This document shows, in pieces, positions 14,030 to 25,814 of a stretch of DNA of 64,000 nt (within the stretch, counting starts at the first letter, position 1; each line of letters begins with the position of its first letter). The notes beneath the pieces are model-generated. The model saw nothing but the letters and a program-made list of their open reading frames with translations. It ran no database searches and was not told the origin of the DNA. The stretch is from Octopus vulgaris (Eukaryota), in the NCBI GenBank assembly GCA_951406725.2, contig OX597825.1:48670001-48734000 (forward strand), in the 5' to 3' direction. A program made the position numbers and the translations under genes.

Positions 14030-14200
14030 CTAAAAGACGAGACAAAATTTGAACTCAGAAGGCAAAAGGACTCATCCGACTCTCTAACAGTTATAATACT
14101 TAATTTATAGACTCGAAAGAATGAAAGGCAAAGTTGACCTCGGCGTGATTTGAACTCAGAGCGCCGGAACGAATTTCGCAAGTCATTCAACCCGACACTC
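14030..14200 (-). mobile_element. SINE family C fragments
   Basis: gaaaggcaaagttgacctcggcgtgatttgaactcaga is the reverse complement of the 28414 family core. Confidence 0.65.
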
Positions 14201-16926
14201 TTAGTTCAGGTTATAGTGAGAATATCAAATGAAGATTATTCGAAAAGTTTGAAAATTTTGAAAAAAAAAAGAAAAACGATAACAAAAATTTTATGATAAA
14301 AATAATTTCAGCAATCTCATTTTCATAGAATTGTTTCTCCTTTATTGCAAATCTTATTTTGTCCCCCATTGCAAACTCTCGACAAATCGATTTTCAAGTT
14401 GGGAAAATATTACTTGGAATTGATGTCGAAAGATGAACATTTTTTAAACGTTACATGGTGATTAAGATTGGGGTATGATTGATTGGTGAAAGTCAAACTC
14501 ATTTAGATGTCAAATATCTTTAAGACGAATGATTACGAGAAAATGTAACCAATGGTGCTGCGTTAGAATTGGGTAGAATATTTTTATAAAAAGTTTAACT
14601 GATGATATTGATGCCTGCCAAAGTAGTAATAAACATTACGTTTAGAAATTACATGACGGTTATTTGAAAAATCAGTAACCTTTACCACTATTTGATGTGG
14701 CCTCATAAAAAGGTAGTTAGAAATATATTAATACGAAATGTAGTAATAGTGTATGGGATTTTGATTAATCACGACTAGCAAATTGATCCACAATATTATA
14801 AAGTGTAGAGGTTTTTCTTTTATAACCATTTTGATACATTTGAGGACATATTTTTTCTAGCAGGAAAATGAATTCTAATGATTCTGATTATTGAAAAATA
14901 TTACTGTGTACCTGCGGCTGGCTAATTTCTTGTTTACTGCTCCATATTCTGAAATAAATGAAATATTTTTTTACTAGTTATTGAGGAGCTAATAGCCAAT
15001 CCATTACGTTATTTGGAAATAAAAGTATAGTGAGCTGTGGCTGCGACTAGTTAAAAGGAAGTATAAGTGACGCTATACGCAACATCGATTCCCTAATCAA
15101 CAAGGCCATACGTCATTTTATCATATAAAGAATACACTGAAACACATCATACGACATGAATCATAGCAGATGATTGTATTAAAAATGTTTGTGTCGATGC
15201 GTATGTATGTGAAGGCATGTGAAATACATAAAATTGATTCAAAGTATTTTATTAACGAACATACTTTTGTACTGATTCTGCAGAGATGAATAGAAATACC
15301 AAAAAATGTGAATGGTTTCTTTCATTCGATCTGCTCATCATATGTATCTGTTAGAAACGTCTGTTTAATTTCTCTGTAAATTATAATTATTTACAGAAAA
15401 CTTGTTTAATTACTTTCAGAAATAGAATTAGGTTGGTGGAGAAAGCAAGAATATACGAACACAATTTTTTACGTAAACTATTTCTAAATATTTCTATCCA
15501 GGTTATCAATAGAGATTCAAAATGAATTACCAAGTATGCAACGAGAATTACCATTGTTATTTTGTAAAGCAAGAACAATCTTACTCTAAATATCAGTTGT
15601 AGTCAATGGAAAATTTAGTATGAGCAATTAGTGTTTGATAAACGCTAATTTATTTTAACCAGACACTAAATAATGATTCAGTAAGAAGAGGGTAGAGTTA
15701 TGGTAGCTGAATTAAATCTATTATAGTACTGTAATTTATTTTAATGATTCCAAAAGAATCTAAAGCCAACTTTACTCTGGAAAAATTTAAGTTTAGACAC
15801 AGAACTAAGTATAGTAATTTTTTTGTGTAGAGAAATTTGCGGATTCTGTGTCATGTTTTAAAATATTGGAGAGCTGATGGAAGGAGACAATCATATTGGT
15901 TTGTTATTCATTATCATAGAATTATATTTTAGCATTCAAATTTATCCAAACGAATATAGAAATATTTGAGCAAAACCAACCGTACTAAATCTGTTTTCTT
16001 TAATATTTTACTTTACGATACAGTATTGAGGGTTGTATTGATAAGAGGAGACATTATCTTATAGGTCAAGGTATACATAGTTACAGGGCGCCATCTTATT
16101 CACCTCGGACTTGCAGTTGTCAACGTGTCTCGGCGAGAAACTGCACATAGTCCACCAATCGCAGTTTTTATCAATAGAAATCTTATTGTTGCTGAGCGTC
16201 ACCAGCAACCTGCCTGGTGGTGCCAGCAAGGTAGCACCAGCTACCTGCCAACATCCTGCCAAAACATATAGGCCTACAAATAGAGAAAATAGCTAATGTC
16301 GCTTTGATGACATTAATACCACGTGATCCGAGCTGACAAATAGAAGCCCAAACACCTAGAAGCCATTCTGAATTTCTTTGGAGCCTCATATTCTACTTTG
16401 TAGCATGTGAGAAACGTTTCCTACACGGCCAAGACAATTTAAGTCAGGTGGAGCTGAGTAAAATTTTATCATTAATACACACACGCACTCACACGCACAC
16501 ACATAAACACGCGCAGGCACACACACACCACACGCACACACACACATGATCCAAATAAGAAGACGAAGAATGAATTTAGCACATCTTTATTATTGGTTAA
16601 AAATGTTTTGGTAGCATTTTGTTTTCAATGACATTACGCATAAAGGGTTTCCTGTCAAATTACTCAGTATTTGTGGCTGATTACGTTGGAATGGCACTTC
16701 ATCGAACCTGCATCCAGAGATACGCAATACATATATACATACATACCTACGTACATACATCGATAATGGCACGAAATTACGTTTGACACTCTAGTCGAAA
16801 TTGATGAGGTGACCTTCTGTGTTTGTTTTTCGTTCGTCTGTGCATTTAGTATATGTTTTTCAACTTGACCTTCTGTGATTGTTTTCCTTTCGTTTGTTTA
16901 TTTACTATACGTTTTTTGACTTATAC

Positions 16927-16972
<46 letters not shown>

Positions 16973-17335
16973 ACAATATTCAATAAGGATTACAACGAAG
17001 TTGCATAGCATTACCTTCAATTCTTTAATTTACATATATGTTTATGTATTGCTAGAATGCATATTTAACTATGTGCAGTTGAAACACGCGTAGGTCCGGA
17101 AGATATGCTGTAAATAATTGTTAAATAAAATTATGGATGTGAGAAAAATCACCATTCCTTATCATTATTAATGTTATTAATTACTCTATGGAACATTTGC
17201 AGTACTAAACTGGCAGGCGATTCAAACGGTTACTGTGTCCATAACAGCTGCATATGTATGAGCTCGAGTACTACATATGCTGACAGTTGTGGTTAGCCGG
17301 CATTTGAGTGAAAAACCGCTAACCGCCTGGATGAA

Positions 17336-17362
<27 letters not shown>

Positions 17363-17366
<4 letters not shown>

Positions 17367-18327
17367 ATTAATCAATATAGGGGGGCTTGAAAAAAATTTT
17401 GTAGAATTTCTTTGCCACCAGCGGCCTAGTGGGAAAAAATTAAATAGTCATAGACCATTTATAAGTTCAACATCACAATCAAGGAACGGCCATAATAGGC
17501 CATTCACCCACTAGAAATAACAGCCAAAGCTTCAACCGCAAAATAACATTAATTCCGCAAACCAGGAGAAAATTAAAAAAACATTTACCCTGTAATTTCT
17601 TATACGATGCACCGTTTCGTCTATTGTTTAATGGTAAACTAACCTGATTAAATTTAATCAGGTTAGTTTACCATTAAACTGGCTAGACGAAACGTGCATA
17701 TGTATAAGTATTACACGGGTAAATGTTTTTATATTTTGCTGCATTTGCGAATATGTTATTTTGTTACCCTTGATATATTCAATTGATGACGGTAAAGCCT
17801 ATCTAAAGCAGTTCCTTGAAATTGTGATGTTGAATTATTAAATGGTTTTTGCTTTTATGTTTTTCTCCGCTTTACCTCATGGTGCGATATGAACATTCTA
17901 CAAAATGGCATTCTCATTTTTGCCACCCTATATTGATTAATTATGAATTTTCTGGTTGATTCCGTAATGGAATCGGCGGCTTATATTTATTTGCTGCCGA
18001 TAAATTTGGCGCGAGTGCGATGATTTGAAAATTTTAGGTCAGATATTGCCGAGGCAGGGACAGAAGTGCCTCGTGAAAATATCTGTTCCGATCTGGCTAT
18101 TTCTTACTGACGAATCTAAGGGCATATGGAAGATTGGCTTGATTTAATTTAATCAGGTTAGTTTACCATTAAACAATAGACGAAACGGTGCATCGTATAA
18201 GAAATTACAGGGTAAATGTTTTTTTAATTTTCTCCTGGTTTGCGGAATTAATGTTATTTTGCGGTTGAAGCTTTGGCTGTTATTTCTAGTGGGTGAATGG
18301 CCTATTATGGCCGTTCCTTGATTGTGA

Positions 18328-18329
<2 letters not shown>
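17363..18329 (+). mobile_element. Hammerhead-containing retrozyme/pLTR-like element: inverted copy plus ~1.4 tandem units (~490 bp), in (TA)n
   Basis: 17363-17650 is the reverse complement of 17655-17945 (noisy) and of 18145-18329 (near perfect); HHR at 18099-18205. Confidence 0.75.
18099..18205 (+). ncRNA. Type I hammerhead ribozyme with extended stem II
   Basis: atttctta-CTGACGA-atcta...tagac-GAAA-cggtgcatcg-TA-taagaaat; 8-bp stem I, near-palindromic stem III, GUA cleavage triplet, one A-C mismatch at the base of stem II. Confidence 0.8.
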
Positions 18330-18394
<65 letters not shown>

Positions 18395-18399
18395 CATAG

Positions 18400-18955
18400 T
18401 GGCTGCCCCCTCGTTATCGAGTATGGCCATTTGCACGAAGCTTAATCAATGTTGTTATTGTGCAATGCCTGTGCAAGAATATAATTTTGTAAAGTGAGGA
18501 AAGGCTGTGCACTGAGTTAATCCCACTCACTAAGCAACGGCAACCATAATCCGAAAAGAAGAACAAGTCAACATCATCGGTAACCACTGAGCCGCAGGTT
18601 TTATGTCAGAGTTATCCCAGTTACCTGAGTTACCTTCTCCTAGAAGGATGCGCTAACAAAGGCTAGGAGCCCTTCACTCCCAATCGTTTAACCGCGCGAT
18701 CGGGTATTCGGTCCGATTATTTCTATGTCCCCGCCCATGATACATCCTTAAGACATTTATTGGATGGCCGTTGACGCTCAAGAGTTCCTCCGCCCTTTGA
18801 CGTGTTTTGGTTTTCATCCCGTAGGGTGTCCAATAAACACCCTCCTTACCAAGCAAGCTTGGTGGGGTTGCCGGTTTAGTCACCGACGACCCGACCATGC
18901 AACAGGTTGCACTGGGTTACATGTTACCATTAGCACTCGAAAGTGACTTGACATA
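18400..18955 (-). mobile_element. Bipartite non-autonomous RTE derivative (5' UTR joined to 3' tail)
   Basis: 18446-18955 matches RTE 38703-39213; 18400-18445 matches the RTE 3' end at 42872-42917. Confidence 0.9.
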
Positions 18956-19039
18956 GATACATACATACATACATGCATACATACGTACATACATACAAAC
19001 ACACACACACACATATATATATATCGACACGCATACATA

Positions 19040-19800
19040 CAGGGCGTGATCGGTAAATTATCACCATTTATACATTTAATGTCGCGCATGCGCATTTTTG
19101 TTTTTGATTTTGTCGATTGCATAATATAATAGGATCAGTTAAGCAACGTCTGTGAGTAAAACAGCACCCTGCCGCAATTCACTCTACCAGAAATTTGGAA
19201 ACCACATGCTGTACTGCTTGGCATTCGCGCCGGGCGCTCCAATACAAACCGATGGTGAACACACAGAACATCCGTTGAGTTATCCTGTCCCCTAAACATG
19301 TACCGAGAGTTAAAAATTAAACATCCAGTCAACACCATGATATTTGGATGGATCACTAGTGATGGCGATGTTATGTCTACATTCATCTTTCCACACCACC
19401 TCACACTCAATAAGAAGACCTACATCAAGTGCCTGGTGGAGGTAGTGCTTCCCTGGGTCAAGAGGGTGGCTGCTGGAAGACCACATGTCTGGCAACGGGA
19501 CTCTACACTATGCTACACAAGCAAGAGAACCAAGCCATGGCTGTCAGAATTTCTGCGACATAACATCAGGCTACCTAACTCCCCAGACTATAACCCCCTT
19601 CATTATTATGTGCGGGGCGTAGTTGAGCGAGAGATAAGCAAAACACCTTGTAACACCAAAGATAAACTGAAGCCAAGGGTTATGGCAGCATTCAGCAACT
19701 TTAACAAGGAGACCATCCAAAGACTTGTTGGAGATTCGGAAGTCGTCTGGAAGCCGTGGTTTGAAGCCAATGACAATTTTATTGAATAAATTTACTCTTT
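19040..19800 (+). mobile_element. Tc1/mariner (maT-like) transposon fragment
   Basis: TA-cagggcgtgatcgg terminus; ORF 19298-19789 with WQRDS and PNSPDYNPL motifs. Confidence 0.8.
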
Positions 19801-19819
19801 AGTATTTCAATATATTTTA

Positions 19820-20785
19820 ATCTAAGTTTTGAAAACACAAAACAGCTAACTTTCTGGAAGTTACTTTAGATTTAGAATCTTTGCTATACTCCCCCTTCCA
19901 TAAACCTAATCAGTACCTCAGATATGTTAACATAGACTCTAACCACCATAAATCTATCTTTGATAGTGTAATTAAAGGCATATCTATCCGATTGTTTGAT
20001 ATCTCGGTCACGGAAGAAATCCTCAATGACCATGCTACATATTATAACCAAGCACTAACTGCAAATTGAATCCATCGCTAATCTCAGTCCCGAAAGGACA
20101 CGCCCCACTAATAGACAAATGAATGATTCCACTATAAATAGACAATCTTAAACCCCAGATAGTAACTTGGAAGGACCTCGGGTAAGACACTTTCGTCAGT
20201 CCTACGCTCAGTTGTATAACACTCGATCGAAACTCAAGCAGATAAACAAAAATGAAACTTACAACTTTCCTCTAACAAATACTATAGATTATACTTCCCC
20301 TATTTTACTTAATAAAAGCGGGGTAGATTCATTCTTTGGTTTGCACCCCCATTCGCCTTAAACGCTTAGGGCTTAGCCAAAACATTCTTTCAAATAGTAG
20401 ACTCTAACTTCCAACGTCACCGTAAGTACCATTCATTCTCTAATAGATCTACCATAAAATTATCTCCGCCCAATATAGAATCCATTGTTACCTCTTCCAA
20501 TAAACGTAAACTTAATTCCTACTAACTAAATATACATAATCATGACATATGTCATAGCCCCCAAATCACTAATACCAACATTGATGGCATGCAGCACACC
20601 CGCAACCCTAGCACTACAACCAGAATTAACCAAGGTATAAACATCCCCGCTTCCTATGAAGGTACAAGTGTAACTGAGGCAACTGATAATAATAGCACCA
20701 CCACTAATACTAGTATTAATAACTCCAATACGACCGATACCACCACTACTACTATTTCTAGTGATATTGATAGTGATAATGTCAT

Positions 20786-20790
<5 letters not shown>
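19820..20790 (+). mobile_element. Penelope-like element, RT C-terminal part (decayed)
   Basis: FLEVTLDL...YSPFHKPNQYLRYVNIDSNH motifs typical of the PLE RT thumb. Confidence 0.7.
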
Positions 20791-20817
<27 letters not shown>

Positions 20818-20841
20818 ATAATAATAATAATAATAATGATG

Positions 20842-20884
<43 letters not shown>

Positions 20885-20885
<1 letters not shown>

Positions 20886-22865
20886 CACTAGCCATTAACA
20901 AAGTAGCACCAACAATTATAAAATTCATAGGGCACTCTATGAATAAATGGCAAACAGTGCTACAGCTACAAACAAAAAAGGGACTCATGAAAACCAACGC
21001 CATCCCCATTAGAAGAGGAATATTCCAGGGAGACACGCTCTCCCCACTCCTTTTCTGCTTGGCACTGTCACCTCTATCTGATATGCTAAATAGAACTGGA
21101 TGCGGATATAAATGTTACGGCAAAACGATCAGCCACCTTTTATATATGGATGACCTAAAACTATACGCTGCAAATGACAAACAGCTGGAAACACTATTAA
21201 AGACAGTTCATGGATTTACCAAAGAAATAGATATGAAATTTGGATTAGAAAAATGCGCCAAAGTAACCATGAAAAGAGGAAAACTAGTTAAGAGTAGCAA
21301 CATCACACTAGATAAAACCAATGAAATAAAAGAATTAGACCAAAGCCAAACTTACAAATACTTAGGAATCCATGAACTAGATAAGACACAACACACACAA
21401 ATGAAAGAGAAAATAAAAAAAGAATATTATAGACGAGTTAGATCAATACTAAAAACAGAGCTCAATGCTAAAAACAAGATAATAGGTATTAACACTTTAG
21501 CTGTCCCAGTTATAAGTTACAGCTACAATATCCTTAACTGGACACTAAATGAACTGACCAAAATAGATAGGAAAACAAGAAAAATAATGACAGGATCTAG
21601 GATGCATCACCCAAAATTTGACATAGAAAGACTATATATACAACATATAGAAGGTGATAGAGGCCTTATAAAGCTGGAAAACTACTATAGAATAACCACC
21701 ATAGGACTGCAAAAATATCTACTTCAGAAGGAAGGAAAACAAATAGCGGCAAAACTCGAGCAAAACAAAAAACTGTTCTCAGTATTTAAGGAAACTGACA
21801 AATACAAACAAGAAATCATACCACCTAATAAATATGAAGAAGAAGAAGAAGAAGAAGAAGAAGAAGAAGAAGAAGAAGAAGAAGAAGAAGAAGAAGAAGA
21901 AGAAGAAGAAGAAGAAGAAGAAGAAGAAGAAGAAGAAACAACAAAAGCTATAAAACAAATGAAATCCAAACTAAAAATAGAACAGCAACGAACCATGATA
22001 ACACGATGGCCAGAAAAGCTCCTTCATGGTAAATACTGGACTAAACTAAACGCAAAAGAAATAGACAAAGAAAAATCCCAGCAATGGTTGAGAAGCTCAG
22101 GACTCAAAGCAGAGACAGAGGGATTTTTAATTGCAGCACAAGACCAAAGCCTCCACACCAGAAATTACCAAAAACATGTAATGAAAAGAAATATAACAAG
22201 TAACTGCAGAATATGTGATGGACAAGAAACAATAAATCATATTATCTCTGGCTGCCCAGTCCTGGCTAAGAAGGAATATATTCACAGACATGACAGAGTT
22301 GGAACCTACATACACTGGAAGCAATGCCAACATTATGGAATAACAACAGAAAAAAGATGGTATAGGCACACACCAGAAAAGGTCACAGAAAACGAGAAAG
22401 CAGCCATACTCTGGGATATGCCGATACACACAGATAGAGAAATTAAGGCCAACAGACCAGATATAGTTGTCAGAGATCATGAAGAAAAAAATGCTTTCTA
22501 ATTGATGTATCAATACCGGCAGATGACAACGTGTCTCTAAAAGAAATGGAGAAACTTTCAAAAAACAAAGACCTGGAAATAGAGGTAACCAGAATGTGGA
22601 ATCTAAAAACAGAAACAATTCCTATCATAGTAGGTGCATTAGGCGTAATAAAAAAAATATTCAAAAAAATACATAACAAAAACACCAGGACTTACAAACA
22701 CATGTAACATACAGAAAATTGCACTACTAGGCACTGCACACATCCTACGCAGAACACTTTCCATACAATAACCATCAGAGCATCAAAACAAATCACAGCA
22801 TATACCTAAGGCACACAAAGCTGCGCTCGGTAGTGAAGTGAAAGCACGCTATAAAAATAAAACTA

Positions 22866-22870
<5 letters not shown>
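20885..22870 (+). mobile_element. 5'-truncated R4/Dong-type RLE LINE in (TAA)n
   Basis: RT (GIFQGD, YMDD), CCHC (CRIC...H...C), RHD and RPDIVV RLE motifs; flanked by (AAT)n. Confidence 0.9.
20939..22501 (+). pseudogene. RT-RLE ORF fragment (520 aa) with in-frame poly-Glu; frameshifted near the C-terminus
   Basis: ORF track; the RLE continues in another frame to ~22770 (IDVSIP...QKIALLGT). Confidence 0.85.
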
Positions 22871-22918
<48 letters not shown>

Positions 22919-22950
22919 TAATAATAATAATGATAATAATAATAATAATA

Positions 22951-25142
22951 AACTAGCTTACCGTGCGCACACGGTAAGCTAGTTCAGCTGCTCAATGGAA
23001 TTATGAGAGACCCAAAGAAAACACCTGAATGGTTAGCAAGTGGCATTACTTACCTACTCCCAAAGAATAACGAAACCAACCTTCCAAAAAACTATCGGCC
23101 TATAACCTGTCTATCCACCACGTATAAAATCCTAACATCTATCCTGGCGGAGAAGACATATGCATTCATGAAGAAGAACGATATTTTCCCCATTGAACAA
23201 AAAGGGTGCCGCCGAGGCTCTTACGGATGCAAAGATCAACTGCTAATCAATCGTATGATCCTTGAGAACTGTCACAACAAGCGCAGAAATCTCAGCACCG
23301 CATGGATTGACTATATAAAGGCCTTCGACAGTATACCGCATCCATGGATCTTGAGATCGCTGGACATCTTCAAAATTTCCCCTGTGATTTCAAACTTCCT
23401 GATTTCATTTTATATGGATGACTTAAAACTTTATGGTAAAGACAATAATGAACTTGAAGGCCTATTGCGCACCGTGAAAGCATTCAGCGATGACATCGGG
23501 ATGGAGTTTGGACTTGAGAAGTGTGCCAAGGCCACTTTCCAGAAAGGGAAAGTGAAGACCACAAATTCAGTCGTGTTAGATGTTGACACAGTCATAAGAG
23601 AGCTTGAACAAGAACAAACATACAAATATTTAGGGATAAATGAAGGCTCTGGTATTCAGCATGCAAGCATGAAAGAGAAAATCAGGAAGGAATGTTATAG
23701 GAGAGTTCGTGCAGTCCTGAAATCTGAACTAAATGCACGTAACAAGGTGTTAGCTATAAATTCCCTAGCAGTTCCAGTTGTTACTTATAGCTACAATGTG
23801 TTGAAGTGGAATATGAGTGAAGTAAAGAATATAGATAGAAAAATACGCAAGCTGCTGAGTTGTAATAGGATGCACCACCCAAAGGCAGACGTAGATCGCC
23901 TTTACCTTCCCAGAGCCCAAGGAGGTCGAGGCCTGATCCAATTTGAACTAGCTTACAAAACAACCACAATTGGACTGGTCAAATATCTCGAAATATCGAA
24001 TGACTGGATGCTAAAGCTCGTGGAAAATCACGAGAGACGAAAGAAGCTTCATTCTATCATCAAGGAAAGCAAAAAATTTGCTATTGATCTCGTGCAGGAT
24101 ACCCAAACTGAACAACCCGAGGGAAGTACGGCAACTATTGTTGCAAAGAAGGTGAAAATGATGGCAATGAAAAAAGCGCACGAGCAATTGGCTGATAGGT
24201 GGGAGGAGAAACCTCTGCACGGCAAATATGTGACCCGCAGCAAACAAGCTGATGTTGACCAGAAGCAAACCCATCAGTGGCTGCGGAGCTCAGGGCTAAA
24301 AGCAGAGAGCGAAGGTTTCATCCTGGCTGCTCAAGACCAAAGCCTATCAACCCGGAACTACCAGGCCAATGTGATGAAAAATGGAGCAGACCCAAAATGC
24401 CGATTCTGCAACGACATGATTGAAACAGTGGACCACCTAATCTCTGGATGTAAAGTCTTAGCACCAGTGGAGTATAAATTAAGAAATGACAGAGTTGGCC
24501 AATATCTCCACTGGCTAATAAGTCGGCATTACAATATCAAAACTGCCGACAAGTGGTATAATCACCACCCTGAGGCTGTAACTGAAGGAGAAAATGTAAC
24601 CATTCTGTGGGACTTTCCAGTACATACAGACCGAAACATCAAGGCCAATAAACCAGATATTGTTGTGAAAGACCAAAACAATAAAGTTTGCTTATTGATC
24701 GACATGAGCATCCCCTGTGATCATAATATCTCAGCGAAAGAGTTTGACAAGCTCAGAAAATATAAAGACCTACTCATTGAAATTGAGAAAATGTGGCATC
24801 TCAAGGCGGTTACAATACCAGTGATCGTAGGAGCACTAGGAATGATCAAGAAGGGAACCGAAAATTATATGAGAATGATCCCTGGCTTACCATCCCTGCA
24901 AGAAGTGCAAAAGATTGTCTTAACTGGTACATCACACGTATTGAGAAGAGCATTGTCGATGTGAGAACTGTTGCTGCTCATGTATTTTAATTTAACTTTA
25001 AAAAAAAAAAAAAAAAAAAAATGAACGAACTACTGAGTTTGGTTTAATGGCCTACCAATATACACTATGAGTTTCTTTGCCCTATGAGTCGGGAAGACAC
25101 TCGGCAAGAAATGGAAGAAAATTTGAAAGAAGAAAAAAAAAG
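22951..25142 (+). mobile_element. Second 5'-truncated R4/Dong-type RLE LINE (different family) in (TAA)n
   Basis: RT, CRFC...H...C and KPDIVV motifs; 3' UTR ends in (AAT)n. Confidence 0.9.
23003..24964 (+). pseudogene. RT-RLE ORF (653 aa), 5'-truncated, with an in-frame RT deletion
   Basis: KNYRPITCL and KAFDS are followed by ISNFL|ISFYMDD, so the QGD motif region is missing. Confidence 0.85.
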
Positions 25143-25159
25143 TAATAATAATAATAATG

Positions 25160-25237
<78 letters not shown>

Positions 25238-25244
25238 TTAAAAC

Positions 25245-25772
25245 AACAACAATAATTATAATACTTGCCAAATCCCTAACAACACCCTTAATTCTAATTT
25301 CTTCATAAATAGTACTGTAGCATCTCTTTCCACTAATAACACTCAGCTGTAGAAGATTTAACGTAGTATACAAATGCACGGTCCACAACATATCGCATAA
25401 TTCTATTAATTGCTATACCGGATCTACTATTACTTTTAAAGAGAGATATTCTGCACATATAAACTCATTTAAGTATGAGGATCATAGCAAATCTACCTCC
25501 CTAGCCAACCTTATAAACCGTCTAATAAGTAGAAATGTACCATGCAGAATATTCTGAGCCATAATAGATTCCGGGGTCTCATACTAAGGCCAACGACCCA
25601 TTTGTGGACTATGCCTAAAAGAATATTAGTACGTAATTCACCGCAATTACTAAATAAATAAAACAAAGCTTTTTCTACTGTTGTCATAGGTTCTATCACA
25701 CCTTTAAATTCTTCCATCGAACCAAATGCAAACAAAATCAACACGTATATCACAGCCATCAACGGTCGTTAC

Positions 25773-25814
<42 letters not shown>

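Noticed and set aside
16034-16425. Possible solo LTR (TGTA...TACA)
   Set aside because: No TSD, no second copy and no internal domain.
17060-17100. gaaacacgcgta hammerhead 3' half
   Set aside because: No CUGANGA box or stem I upstream.
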